Source of the DNA: Klebsiella phage Miami
Length of the DNA stretch: 64,000 bases
Sequence record: MT701590.1
Reading direction: 5' to 3' (one strand)
The notes below the pieces were generated by a model. That model was not told the origin of the DNA and made no database searches. It worked only from the letters and a program-made list of their open reading frames with translations. Numbering within the stretch: position 1 is the stretch's first letter; every line of letters starts with the position of its first letter. Both the position numbers and the translations under genes were made by a program. Below are positions 38,973 through 49,239 of the stretch, piece after piece.

Positions 38973-41447
38973 ATGATCGTTAAGCTGATATTAAAAGGTT
39001 ACATTCCTTTGAACACCAAAGGAGTAGAATATTTTGAAACGGATCAATTGGGCTTAATGAATATCCTGATTGGACGCAATGGGCATGGGAAGAGTTCCAT
39101 ACTCAACGAGGCGTCGCCGATGCCTCCTGAAAACGCCGACTATGTAGAAGATGGCTATAAATACGTCGAAATAATTAATAAGGGAAAACGGTATTATTTG
39201 GAATCTTTCACGGGATCAAAAAGCAAACACTCGTTTAAAGATTCAGAAGGTAACGAACTTAATTCAGGCGGTACCCAAGCGGTACAAAAAGAACTGGTTA
39301 AACAGTATTTTGACCTCACCCCGTTGTACTTTAAAGTTCTTACTGCAATCAACGAAAACTATCGTTTCACGGCATTAGGGGTGGCAGAAAGGAAGTTCCT
39401 CTTAATGGACCTCTACCCTAACGATACCAAATACGCGCTGATTGTCTATAACAAAATCAAATCGGCGTATAGCGATACCGTAGGGGCGTTAAAGAACCAA
39501 AGTCAGAGATTGATTGAGGAACAGCAACGCGTAAGTGCCTTAGGAGGAAAAACCAAAGAAGAACTTCTTCACGATATTTCTCAGCTCGATAAACGCATTA
39601 ACGAAATTGTTTACCTGCAAGGAGAACTCAACGGAACTGCTAACGTTAGCGGGGATCTTCGTTTAGAAATTGAGGATTTCAATAGCAAAGTAAAATCTCT
39701 GCTCGTGATGGGAATGACCACAGGGACACTGTCACGTCAACAGTTAATAGCGAGCATTGAGAGTTTAAAAGCCTCGTTGGTTTATCACGAAACCCAGCAG
39801 AAGATGTATCAGACACAACTCAATGATATTTCATCCGCGATGAGTGGGCTAGAGTTGAAGGACCACGACCCTAAACAATTTGAAACGCAACTGTTGGATC
39901 TCGAGTATCGTCATGCCGTACTCGAAACGGTATTGAACGACTCGGAAGAACTCATCAAACGAGAACCGTTTATATCTGAACACCGGGAACGGCTGATTAA
40001 CCTCGCTCCTGGTTTTAGAACCTTGATAGATCGGATAAACTTAATCCCCCTTTGTTCTAATCCAGAGTTAACCACGAGTCAGTACCAAAACTGGTTAGAT
40101 AAGTCCGAACAGATTTTTAACGAAGGTAAACAATCCAGGGTTGAGTTGGAACACGTCCAACATCAACTCAAACATTATCGTGATGCTTCGGAAGTCCAGT
40201 GTCCTGAATGCTCTTCTCAGTTTAAACCTGGGTTCGATAAGACCTACGAATCTAAATTGATTAAACAGGAAGATGGATTAAAATCGACCATCGCTCATCT
40301 AACGAGTAAGTATAAGCAATACAAACAAACCCTCGCTTTGGATCAAGAATGGTTCAGTCAAATGAGGGCTTTGGAACAGTACGTAGAAAGCAGTCATGAA
40401 GCGAAATTCTTGCTTCATCTGTTAAGCGAGTATAAGGTAGGTTATGAACCAGCCGATAGGCTCATAAACGTCATTAAAACGCTCACTACGACGCTGGATT
40501 ATAAGAAACAACAGGATGCCTTGACCGAAGAAATAAACGTCTTAAAAACCCGTATAAACGTGTTTAAAACGAATAATATGGAAGAGGCTCTGGCCGCGTA
40601 CTCACTCAGCGAAGAAAGGCTGGGTGATAGTAATCGTGCAATTCGTCGTTGTATGACGTTGATGAGGGAGCATCAGAAGACCTTAAAGGATTATGACGCT
40701 TACGAAATAACGATTGATGCGGTCAGAGAAGGTCAGGCAAGAATCCTTGATTTGTTACGGGATGAGGGTAAAGTCAGTTTGCATAGAAGACTCAACGAAG
40801 TAATGTCAAGTCTTCTCCCTCAGAAAGATGAAGTCATGTCTCTGATGATCAGACAGGAGTCGTTAAAGACTCTGGTCGGGTCTATCGAAGATAACATCGC
40901 GAACCTTAAGAAAAGACAATCTGATCTTAAGATCTTGATGGACGGACTCTGCCCTAAGAAAGGATACATCGGGGAATTGATGAAGGACTTTATTACCGCG
41001 ATTTGTGCGAACATGAACGCGGTAATACGGGACATATGGAGTACGCCTCTCTTTGTTAAACCGTGTGTTAATAAGAAAGGTGAAATGGATTATAACTTCC
41101 CAGTTATTAATGGCGACTCTAGCAGAACAGCTTCTGACGTGGCTAAATGTAGCGGGGGAGAAAAGGAGATTATTAACTTCGCATTTCGGTTAGTTGTCTC
41201 TCGGTACGTGAAATACGACAGTCCTCTTTTCTTGGACGAGGTTGGCGTTAACATGGACGAATACCATCGAGGTCGATTCTTTGATTATGTCAAGCGGCTG
41301 ATGGCGACGGGTAAGATTGATCAGTGTTTTATGATCAGTCATTACTCTTCACAGTATGGGCTCATGGACAATGCCAACATTATTGCTTTAAATACAGAAG
41401 GTTTAACGGTTCCCCCTAACGTCAATCTCAGTACAACGATAAGGTAA
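38973..41447 (+). CDS. Rad50/SbcC-family recombination ATPase (T4 gp46-like) with CxxC zinc hook
   Basis: Walker A ILIGRNGHGKSSIL near the N-terminus. Long coiled coil containing CPECSS (zinc hook). ABC signature KCSGGEKE. Walker B/D-loop LFLDEVGVNMDE. First in-frame ATG after the divergent gene. Confidence 0.8.
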   Translation: MIVKLILKGYIPLNTKGVEYFETDQLGLMNILIGRNGHGKSSILNEASPMPPENADYVEDGYKYVEIINKGKRYYLESFTGSKSKHSFKDSEGNELNSGGTQAVQKELVKQYFDLTPLYFKVLTAINENYRFTALGVAERKFLLMDLYPNDTKYALIVYNKIKSAYSDTVGALKNQSQRLIEEQQRVSALGGKTKEELLHDISQLDKRINEIVYLQGELNGTANVSGDLRLEIEDFNSKVKSLLVMGMTTGTLSRQQLIASIESLKASLVYHETQQKMYQTQLNDISSAMSGLELKDHDPKQFETQLLDLEYRHAVLETVLNDSEELIKREPFISEHRERLINLAPGFRTLIDRINLIPLCSNPELTTSQYQNWLDKSEQIFNEGKQSRVELEHVQHQLKHYRDASEVQCPECSSQFKPGFDKTYESKLIKQEDGLKSTIAHLTSKYKQYKQTLALDQEWFSQMRALEQYVESSHEAKFLLHLLSEYKVGYEPADRLINVIKTLTTTLDYKKQQDALTEEINVLKTRINVFKTNNMEEALAAYSLSEERLGDSNRAIRRCMTLMREHQKTLKDYDAYEITIDAVREGQARILDLLRDEGKVSLHRRLNEVMSSLLPQKDEVMSLMIRQESLKTLVGSIEDNIANLKKRQSDLKILMDGLCPKKGYIGELMKDFITAICANMNAVIRDIWSTPLFVKPCVNKKGEMDYNFPVINGDSSRTASDVAKCSGGEKEIINFAFRLVVSRYVKYDSPLFLDEVGVNMDEYHRGRFFDYVKRLMATGKIDQCFMISHYSSQYGLMDNANIIALNTEGLTVPPNVNLSTTIR

Positions 41448-41451
41448 TACC

Positions 41452-41736
41452 ATGTTGACCTTTACCACCACGGTGCGTAACAAAGCCGATAAGCTCGCAG
41501 CGGAACTCGATAAGGTTATCAGTAACTCATCGATAAACACCCGTAAAGCGACTTGGTTATTGCGTTACGCCAATGTCATTAACTACGCAAACGTCAATGG
41601 ATTAAAATTAGTTGAATTCAATACCAGAGCCGAAACTATTCGCAAATGGATAGCGACGGGGCATGTTTTCTTTGAGGGTAACAAAGCCATCTCTCTTGAA
41701 GAAATCGGTATGGATTTCAATACCGGTCGCCGGTAA
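41452..41736 (+). CDS. hypothetical protein (94 aa)
   Basis: ORF 4 nt after the Rad50-like stop. Hairpin plus T-run downstream (41767-41812). Confidence 0.4.
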   Translation: MLTFTTTVRNKADKLAAELDKVISNSSINTRKATWLLRYANVINYANVNGLKLVEFNTRAETIRKWIATGHVFFEGNKAISLEEIGMDFNTGRR

Positions 41737-41766
41737 AATAAGACAGATCTATATTATCTTAGAGAA

Positions 41767-41812
41767 CCGTGAAGGGTGTCTCATTTTCTCTTACACCCTT
41801 CACTTTTTACTA
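41767..41812 (+). terminator. intrinsic terminator
   Basis: Perfect 11-bp stem gtgaagggtgt / acacccttcac with a 13-nt loop, followed by tttttac. Confidence 0.55.
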
Positions 41813-41826
41813 CGAGGAAATAAAAA

Positions 41827-42495
41827 ATGAAGACCGCATTTGGTTTAATGTTCATTCTTATCATGGGGATAAGTAGCGCATTCGCATCAGTGAGTACATC
41901 TCAGTCGGATTACCACTATTTTAATAAACAGAAAACTTATATTTTCGAAGCATCCAAACTTACGGGGATCTCCCCTGAATTAGTTACCGCAATAGGTTCC
42001 ATTGAAAGTGGCCTGGGGCGTAATAAAGTTAATCGGTATTCTAAAGTCAAAGGTGTGATGCAAACCACCAAGCGGACTTATAACTCTAACCTTAAGAAAC
42101 ACCACGAAAGACTTGGGTTATCTCCTAACGCTTCTATCAAAAACGATAGAGCAAATATCTTAGTTGCTACCGCAGCATTAGCAGATAACAAACGTTACTT
42201 AGAGAAAGTCACGAATAAAAAAATCACAGATGGGGATGTGTTCATTTCTCATCTGGTAGGTTTAGGTGGCGCAGCTAAAATAATCAAAGGTAAACCCAAC
42301 GCCCCTATAAGCCGTTATATCACGCTTCATAAAGGTAACATGCGACTCTATACTGACAAAGGACGGGTATTGACCGTGGCGCAGTTTAGGAGGAATATGG
42401 ATCGGTTGGTAAAGAGAGAAAGCGCGAAGTATGCCGTGGTTATCAATCAGAACAAGTTGGATCGTTTGATAACAGCTGTCGCGTATAATCAATAA
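41827..42495 (+). CDS. lytic transglycosylase (SLT domain) with N-terminal signal peptide or signal-anchor; putative endolysin or virion-associated muralytic enzyme
   Basis: GAGGAAATAAAAA Shine-Dalgarno. N-terminus MKTAFGLMFILIMGISSAFASVS. Catalytic-region motif GSIESGLG...VKGVMQTT matches the family-1 ES-G-MQ pattern. Confidence 0.7.
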   Translation: MKTAFGLMFILIMGISSAFASVSTSQSDYHYFNKQKTYIFEASKLTGISPELVTAIGSIESGLGRNKVNRYSKVKGVMQTTKRTYNSNLKKHHERLGLSPNASIKNDRANILVATAALADNKRYLEKVTNKKITDGDVFISHLVGLGGAAKIIKGKPNAPISRYITLHKGNMRLYTDKGRVLTVAQFRRNMDRLVKRESAKYAVVINQNKLDRLITAVAYNQ

Positions 42496-42585
42496 ATTTC
42501 CACCGATCGAATCCTTTATATAGGAGGATGTTTACTGTGGGTTGAGCGTGGTAACTTAACCCACTCTTTTTAAAGAGGCAGTATT

Positions 42586-42843
42586 GTGAACAAGACAATG
42601 CAATTTTCCCTTAACGACAAAGGGGTTTTAGTACAAGACGACAACGGTAACATTCCCGTTCAAATTATTGAAAATCAGACTGAGGACGGGCGTAAAACAG
42701 CCGCTATCGTATTCGGTGGAGAAACCCAAGGTTTCGCTTGTTTCGATTCTAATCAGAATAAACCGATAAGCGTAATCCCCTCCAAACCGTTTCAAGATCC
42801 AAATCTCGATGAATCGCTGTACAATATTTGTAAAGCCATCTGA
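42586..42843 (+). CDS. hypothetical protein (85 aa, GTG start)
   Basis: AAGAGG lies 7 nt before the GTG. Hairpin follows. Confidence 0.4.
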   Translation: MNKTMQFSLNDKGVLVQDDNGNIPVQIIENQTEDGRKTAAIVFGGETQGFACFDSNQNKPISVIPSKPFQDPNLDESLYNICKAI

Positions 42844-42902
42844 TTTAATAGGGGAGGTTCTTCCTCCCCTATCCCTTATACCGCATTTTCGGAATTCTAA
42901 GA

Positions 42903-43313
42903 ATGAATAAAAATGAAATTATTGACCTCCGTTTTGGTCGCAGCGAATTCAAAGTCAATGGGTATTTCGTAGCCTTTACTGCCGGGATGACTAAGCAATT
43001 CGGCAGGGTTGTTAAAATCGAATTTAAAATTAAAAACTCTGCCTCTCGTTTTAGGCTGATCGCTCACGCATTGACGGTTATTGAAGAAACCGATCTCATT
43101 CTTTTGCATGGCGGAGATTCAAATATTATGGAATTTGTACTCGACGCTTGTGAGCAAAGCAAGAGTATTGTTGAATACGGCGGTGAACAGTTCGAAGCCT
43201 TTAATGTTTTGGAACGTGCTATCAAAGAAGACCCCGTTAATTGGGAACGGATGTTAAGTAAAGTGCAGTCGTCCTTGTTAACTAATAGTCCTTTGAGACA
43301 ACATTATCACTGA
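42903..43313 (+). CDS. hypothetical protein (136 aa)
   Basis: ORF. No motif recognised. Confidence 0.4.
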   Translation: MNKNEIIDLRFGRSEFKVNGYFVAFTAGMTKQFGRVVKIEFKIKNSASRFRLIAHALTVIEETDLILLHGGDSNIMEFVLDACEQSKSIVEYGGEQFEAFNVLERAIKEDPVNWERMLSKVQSSLLTNSPLRQHYH

Positions 43314-43332
43314 CTTTAGATGGGAGTGTGCT

Positions 43333-43803
43333 ATGGATACGACGGTTGCTTCAGAGATACCATTAGATCAGACCCCTCAGTACGCAGACGATGTAGAGTG
43401 CACGGATGCGTATATTTTTGAAACCGACGAAGACGGAGTAGGTTTAGAACTCGCTTTGTTCTCTCCCCTGCCCGATAGCTTTACTCCCGTATTAAGAATG
43501 GCTCTGGTCAAGTTGGATACCGCTATGCCTATTGACGGTATAGAGGGTTTATACCGGGATCTTGACCAGACATTTGTTAACAATTACATGACCGGGTATC
43601 TGGAAGATGATTTCGAACGCTTCTTTATCCATTTAGCGGAGCATCTAGAAAGATATGGCGGGGATACTCACCCGGCGATGATTGCGACGATTGAACAGAT
43701 AGCCTGCATGACTGAGATCTACGAGCTAAAGGATTTCAGAGAGTTCATTTACGGCGTGACCGTTATGGTCAAACTCTTTAATCCAGAACCCACCATCCAC
43801 TAA
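43333..43803 (+). CDS. highly acidic protein (156 aa)
   Basis: Asp/Glu-rich throughout (DDVECTDAYIFETDEDGVGLELA...). No enzymatic motif. Confidence 0.4.
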   Translation: MDTTVASEIPLDQTPQYADDVECTDAYIFETDEDGVGLELALFSPLPDSFTPVLRMALVKLDTAMPIDGIEGLYRDLDQTFVNNYMTGYLEDDFERFFIHLAEHLERYGGDTHPAMIATIEQIACMTEIYELKDFREFIYGVTVMVKLFNPEPTIH

Positions 43804-43811
43804 AGGTTTTT

Positions 43812-44438
43812 ATGGACACCAAATCCCCGGATTTTTATTTTGATTTAGACGACACCCTGACCGGCACCAACCCTTATTTATATCGCCGCGCTAAAACGTT
43901 TACTAAGCTGAATGGAGAACATGACGTTCACGACGTTCTCGTTCAATCAGAAAAGAATGGATTAACGACCCTACAACTACCTAAACCAATAGGTGATTAC
44001 ATTTTTACCCACTTCCTGGAAGACGGTAACTTTATGTTATCTGTTAACCGGTCTCCGTTATTAGAAGGGAATCTGGGTGCTTTTATTTGCTTGCTTAAAA
44101 CGATAAGAGCCAAAGGTGGGAAGGTAGGTGTTTGTACTCATCGCGGGTTTCATCCCAAAGCCAAGTCTTACTCCGAATATTGGCTAGATGCCAATATTGG
44201 AATGAAGTATTTTGACGAAGTTCATGTCCTCGACCCCAAGGCTCATCCTGATAAGCTGAAGTACCTCGAGACACAGTCAGAATCCTTTAAGTTGGTTGAT
44301 GATAATCCGTTCCATGATTTGAACAAAGTTCATCCCAGGGATAATCGAATCTTGCATTATAACGGGATTTCGGATTACTCAGGTTACCGCTTTCAACGCA
44401 AAGTCAAATCCGTTTCTGATATCATGCAATTGCTTTAA
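43812..44438 (+). CDS. HAD-superfamily phosphatase (nucleotidase-like)
   Basis: Motif I FDLDDTLTG (DxDxT). Motif II VGVCTHRG. Motif IV KLVDDNPF. Confidence 0.6.
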   Translation: MDTKSPDFYFDLDDTLTGTNPYLYRRAKTFTKLNGEHDVHDVLVQSEKNGLTTLQLPKPIGDYIFTHFLEDGNFMLSVNRSPLLEGNLGAFICLLKTIRAKGGKVGVCTHRGFHPKAKSYSEYWLDANIGMKYFDEVHVLDPKAHPDKLKYLETQSESFKLVDDNPFHDLNKVHPRDNRILHYNGISDYSGYRFQRKVKSVSDIMQLL

Positions 44439-44516
44439 ATTTAAACGATACCTACTATCTCTTGGGAAACCAAGAGATAGTAAAACCACTATTTTTGCAT
44501 TTAGGAAATTTTTACC

Positions 44517-46421
44517 ATGAGAGAGCAACTAGCTGAACAAATCAGGTATCATAATAAACGTTATTTTTTAGATAACGATCCGGAAATATCCGACGATCAA
44601 TACGACGAATTAAAACGGCAATACGACGCGTTGGGCGGTAATAAAAGTACTTCCCCCATCTTGTTAGACATGGAGGGGAGTGCTCTGCACAAGGTAGGGT
44701 TAGACATCCCCATGCTATCTTTATCTAAGAAATTGAACTTATCGGAATACGAAGCCTGGGAATCCGATTACGAAGATAAGGATAAATATCATTCTTACAA
44801 ACTGGACGGTCTGGCGATTGAAGCCTGTTACGAGTTTGGTTTGTTGACTAAACTCCGTACACGAGGAGATGGGTTAACTGGCGAAGATATCTTAGATAAT
44901 GCCGGGGTCTTCTCACCAGATCAACTCCCTTTAGAAAATCCAGCTTTAAAGGATTTCCACCGAGTTTGGTTACGAGGGGAAGGGTATGTCAGACTCGACG
45001 ATCTGGTTGTTATCAATGAGATCAACGCCAAGAGTTATCCCAATTGTCGTAGTGCGGCATCGGGCCTTATTCGTAGAAATCCAAAAGACAACGAAGATCT
45101 GGCAGGTAAGATTTCTTATAACGTTTATTGGTGCAGTGAACGTTTTGGTTTAGAGACTTACTCCGCCGTTATGGATAAACTCCGTGACTTCGGTTTCAGT
45201 ACTGCCCCGGAATGTCAGTATGAAGACATTGTCAATAATAACCGTCCCCCACTTCTTCCTACTGACGGAATCGTTTCCGTTATCGATAGTTTTTCTGATC
45301 AAGATGAATTGGGTTCGACTAATGAATACCCTCGCTGGGGCGTTGCTTATAAGTTCCCCCCAGAGCAAGCGGAAACCATTGCCGAAAACGTTTCGTGGGA
45401 AACGGGTAGAACAGGTCGGGTCACTCCTGTCCTCACCTATAAGGCGGTCACATTAGGTGGTAACACAAATACGGAATGTTCTTTGTTTAATTATCGTCAC
45501 TTCATCAAAACGGGTGTGCGTAAAGGGAGTCGGATTATCATTGCCCGTAACGGTGACGTCATTCCTTATTTCGTTAAGGTTGTGGAAGCCGGATTAGGGG
45601 ATGAGTTTAAAACCCCTAAAGTCTGTCCGTCGTGTTCGTCCATCCTGATGTACGAAGGGAAAGACGAGAAGAACATCTTCTTAACCTGTAAAAATACCGC
45701 GGATTGTCCAGCGCAGCATATCCAGCGATTCATTAATTTTGTCAGTCGTAAGGGATTGGATATCAAAGGTTACGGCGATAAGATGATGGAGAAACATGTC
45801 GGGGAAGGGAAAGTCAGCACGCTTTCTGACATTCTTAACTTAGGAGAAATCCTTTCAGGGGAGGGTTTGGATAGGAATACTGAGAAGGTTATTGAGAAAC
45901 TCAATAACTTAGGAAGTTACCCGGCATATAAGGTACTGGGTGCTTTGGGTATTCCTGGTGTCGCCGAAGGAACAGCTAAACTCATTACCGCTCAAGTCGG
46001 CAGTGTGGAAGATCTAATCGCTCTGCTTAAAGACGTTAAACGTTTGCTGGAGATTGAAGGTGTTGGAGTGAGTACCGTAAATGAGATCCAATCGTTTTTA
46101 AGTAACCCGGCTCTCCTTACGGATGTCGAAAACGTACTGAATAAACTCACGTTAACATTTGAAAAAGGGCAAGAACACGATATCAAAGTTTGCGTTACCG
46201 GGGGGTTATCCATTCCGAGAAAAGCAGCAGAAGAGAAGTTCAATCTTTCTGGGATTGAGTTACTGGACGGTGTAACTAAAAAGATGGATGTTCTCGTCTT
46301 CGCACCTGGAGGGAGCCAGGGTAAGAAGGATAAAGCTATCGCCATGAATAAAGTGGTTATAGAAGCAACCGACGTTCACACTGTAGAACAAATTATCGAT
46401 CAAATATTAACAGCCATTTAG
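44517..46421 (+). CDS. ligA: NAD-dependent DNA ligase (LigA family)
   Basis: Ia domain. Adenylation motif YKLDGLA (KxDG). OB domain. Four-Cys zinc finger CPSCSS...CKNTADCPAQ. Helix-hairpin-helix region. C-terminal BRCT (KVCVTGGLS...MDVLVFAPGG). Confidence 0.9.
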   Translation: MREQLAEQIRYHNKRYFLDNDPEISDDQYDELKRQYDALGGNKSTSPILLDMEGSALHKVGLDIPMLSLSKKLNLSEYEAWESDYEDKDKYHSYKLDGLAIEACYEFGLLTKLRTRGDGLTGEDILDNAGVFSPDQLPLENPALKDFHRVWLRGEGYVRLDDLVVINEINAKSYPNCRSAASGLIRRNPKDNEDLAGKISYNVYWCSERFGLETYSAVMDKLRDFGFSTAPECQYEDIVNNNRPPLLPTDGIVSVIDSFSDQDELGSTNEYPRWGVAYKFPPEQAETIAENVSWETGRTGRVTPVLTYKAVTLGGNTNTECSLFNYRHFIKTGVRKGSRIIIARNGDVIPYFVKVVEAGLGDEFKTPKVCPSCSSILMYEGKDEKNIFLTCKNTADCPAQHIQRFINFVSRKGLDIKGYGDKMMEKHVGEGKVSTLSDILNLGEILSGEGLDRNTEKVIEKLNNLGSYPAYKVLGALGIPGVAEGTAKLITAQVGSVEDLIALLKDVKRLLEIEGVGVSTVNEIQSFLSNPALLTDVENVLNKLTLTFEKGQEHDIKVCVTGGLSIPRKAAEEKFNLSGIELLDGVTKKMDVLVFAPGGSQGKKDKAIAMNKVVIEATDVHTVEQIIDQILTAI

Positions 46422-46431
46422 GAGAAAAGCA

Positions 46432-46758
46432 ATGCGAATTATTAAAATCGTAACTGTTTTTGTAGATGCGACTATGGAGGAGATCAAAGCGATCGTGAAA
46501 CAACACGTCGAGCGTAATTTATACGAAGATCATATCCTCGAATACAAAGAAGGTTCGGCCGTTTTCTTGGTTGCCGAAAACCAAGCCGGATTGGTTGCGA
46601 CCTCTTTGCAAGGCGCTTTCGATAATTCGGAATACACGCCTCGCTCTACGTTAACGGATACTGACAAGGGATTGATCGTATTGCGTTACACCAAACTCAC
46701 TGGGGACCTGCGCGCTTCTAACGGTACTCGTAATCAAGCCAAAGCCATGTTTAACTAA
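46432..46758 (+). CDS. hypothetical protein (108 aa)
   Basis: ORF with GGAGAAAAG Shine-Dalgarno. Confidence 0.4.
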   Translation: MRIIKIVTVFVDATMEEIKAIVKQHVERNLYEDHILEYKEGSAVFLVAENQAGLVATSLQGAFDNSEYTPRSTLTDTDKGLIVLRYTKLTGDLRASNGTRNQAKAMFN

Positions 46759-46773
46759 TCGGATATCAACAAA

Positions 46774-48054
46774 ATGACCAAAGAAACTAAAGCAGAAAAC
46801 AAATCTGACGTTATCTTTTTCGGAGATGAGAAAAAAGAGGCGGATGGATTTAAAGTTCGAGAGAAACAGATACAGGTTGCTAATCCTAAACGCGACTATC
46901 ATCTGATGATCGACGGAGAGGATAAAACTTCCGAATTAGTTGACGTGGATAAAGCGGGCATGGACGATTTCCAATTTCGGTTCGGATTCTTTATGTACAT
47001 CCGCGATAAAAACAAGAAGCTAAAAAGACTCTTTGAATACGGTTCTGCTGAGGGTTTGAAAGAGTTTACGTTTAAGCAATCTGATAAAGAATATCGGATC
47101 GTTTTAAGCAAGGGCTCCTCCGTGACACTTCAGACTAAATCTGGTGGCGGGATGTTCGATGAGGACTTCATGCCCATGGGAGAGGACGTCTCAGTGAACG
47201 ATTACCGATTACGTGATGCGTTCCACCCCTCTTTTAACCTTAAACCTGAGACAGGAAACAAAACTACTCTGGTAGTTCTTAACTCCACTGTTTCACTCAA
47301 ATATGTTTACGGGATTAATCTCGTTATCAATCAGGATATCACAGAAGGAACGCTGATATCCTCCTATGTTTACAATTCTCGGTATTCGGATTACCATAAG
47401 CTGGTTAACCCGACCATTGTGCGGTCAGAGATTGATGAAGGGTCGTTATCCGAATCACCTTATATTGTAAAAAGTGTTATTCGTGACTCCGGACTGAGAG
47501 GAAAGAGGGTTTCCGTCGTCAACTCTGTGTTTCTTAAAACCAGAATTAATGCCGAAGGTGGGATCACAGCAAGTAAAGTTAGTTTAGAAAACTCCAACAT
47601 CAGCTCCAGAAGTTCTAACGTAGATTTCGACGGGAGCTCTTTCAACGTTTACTCAGGCGTACAGCTTAATACGGTCGCCGGCGTTCTAATCAAACGTAAA
47701 GTAGATTTTTTAGAGTACTCCATCGGTGATGTCACTCTGATAGCGGTACGTAAAGGCGGGCTTTATCCTCGCACCTATGAATCCGACAAGGGTGTTGAAA
47801 TGATTATCTCGACACCTTATCGTTACGTCGATATTAGGGATGAAATTGTTGTTAGAGAGAAAGATTCCCGCAGTGAAATCACGGCTAAAGTAGCTAAGCT
47901 CATTTTCAATAGGGATACTGAACAGACTATTTATCAGGGTCCGTTCCAGAGTAACACTGTGGAGTCGACTATCGTTGAATCTTTCTCTGACGCCATTATG
48001 TCCCGTCTTCGTCTGTTGGGGATGATTGATACAGCTTTAAGTGTGGGGATTTAA
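46774..48054 (+). CDS. hypothetical protein (426 aa)
   Basis: Long ORF. No motif recognised. Confidence 0.45.
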   Translation: MTKETKAENKSDVIFFGDEKKEADGFKVREKQIQVANPKRDYHLMIDGEDKTSELVDVDKAGMDDFQFRFGFFMYIRDKNKKLKRLFEYGSAEGLKEFTFKQSDKEYRIVLSKGSSVTLQTKSGGGMFDEDFMPMGEDVSVNDYRLRDAFHPSFNLKPETGNKTTLVVLNSTVSLKYVYGINLVINQDITEGTLISSYVYNSRYSDYHKLVNPTIVRSEIDEGSLSESPYIVKSVIRDSGLRGKRVSVVNSVFLKTRINAEGGITASKVSLENSNISSRSSNVDFDGSSFNVYSGVQLNTVAGVLIKRKVDFLEYSIGDVTLIAVRKGGLYPRTYESDKGVEMIISTPYRYVDIRDEIVVREKDSRSEITAKVAKLIFNRDTEQTIYQGPFQSNTVESTIVESFSDAIMSRLRLLGMIDTALSVGI

Positions 48055-48057
48055 ACC

Positions 48058-48663
48058 ATGTTAAAAATTCGTTTCGAAGAATTAAAGACGTTTAACAAAC
48101 TCATTGTTAACGACTTTACCATTAAGGTCGATAAAGGCCACGAGAACCTTCCTGCTGAGCTTTACGAAGGTAAGACGCTCATCGCTACCATACCGACAAC
48201 AAAATCGTCCTCAGGCGTTCCTATTAAGCCTATGGGGTTATTCCCGTTCGTTACTTTAATGGCCATGGGTGGGGCTATTATCAGTCAACAGAAAGAAGGC
48301 GTCTTTGATAAACTCCAGGGTTTATCCGAAGAAATCTTTTCTCACGCGGTTCATCGTCAAACGATGGGGGAACAGTTCTGCGACGATCCTAAGAATCACA
48401 AGTACCTTCGTGTGTGCTTGGATAATGGGGCGTGGTCAACTGAGAAGGAAATCCAACCCGGTATTTTTGTGAATAACGAGTTTTACGTGTCGTCCAACGT
48501 TAATTCGAAAAATCAGCGTTTTATGAAGGTTATTTCTATAACCGACGTCGCCTCCCCTAATCGTAAAAATATCGTTAGGCAGGAACTCCGTCAGGTTTAC
48601 GTCTTCACTGTACCGTTTGGGGAATTCGGATTTAAACACGAATTGGTCCAGTCGATTAAATAA
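48058..48663 (+). CDS. hypothetical protein (201 aa)
   Basis: ORF 3 nt after the upstream stop. Hairpin downstream. Confidence 0.45.
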   Translation: MLKIRFEELKTFNKLIVNDFTIKVDKGHENLPAELYEGKTLIATIPTTKSSSGVPIKPMGLFPFVTLMAMGGAIISQQKEGVFDKLQGLSEEIFSHAVHRQTMGEQFCDDPKNHKYLRVCLDNGAWSTEKEIQPGIFVNNEFYVSSNVNSKNQRFMKVISITDVASPNRKNIVRQELRQVYVFTVPFGEFGFKHELVQSIK

Positions 48664-48715
48664 CGTTGAGAGGGGAGATTAAGTTCTCCCCTATTTAACC
48701 AACGAGGATAAGATT

Positions 48716-49237
48716 TTGGATCAAATTATTATCTACACCGACGGCAGTTGTCTTGAGAATAGCGCGGCCGGAGGACCGGGAGGATGGGCGTACATTATCG
48801 TAGGCAAGGATGAAAAATATTCGATAGAGCAAAACAAAGGTTATTTTAAAACCACAAATAACCGAATGGAAATGATGGCGTGTTTAGAAGCGTTATTGGA
48901 GTTCGATTACCCGAAAAGAATTATCATTCATACCGATAGCCAATATCTCATCGACGGGATGACCAAATGGATTTACGGTTGGAGAAAAAGGAATTGGGTG
49001 ACGGGTTACGGAGAAGCAGTTAAAAACAAAGACCTTTGGCAGGCGTTGATTGACGCAAGCAAATTTCATAAAGTCACCTACGTGAAAGTTAAAGCACACA
49101 ACGGCGATAAGTATAATGAACGTTGCGATGTTCTCGCTAAAGAAGCGGCGAGAAATCCAGAACTCGACGACGTAGGTTTCGTCCCCGTACACAACCCACC
49201 CAAAATTAAATATCCTTATTACTTTAGGAAAAGATAA
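48716..49237 (+). CDS. rnhA: ribonuclease HI
   Basis: IYTDGSC...GGWAY...TNNRMEMMACLEAL...HTDSQYL...W...VKAHNG matches the RNase HI DEDD catalytic core. TTG start preceded by GAGGA. Confidence 0.85.
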   Translation: MDQIIIYTDGSCLENSAAGGPGGWAYIIVGKDEKYSIEQNKGYFKTTNNRMEMMACLEALLEFDYPKRIIIHTDSQYLIDGMTKWIYGWRKRNWVTGYGEAVKNKDLWQALIDASKFHKVTYVKVKAHNGDKYNERCDVLAKEAARNPELDDVGFVPVHNPPKIKYPYYFRKR

Positions 49238-49239
49238 TC

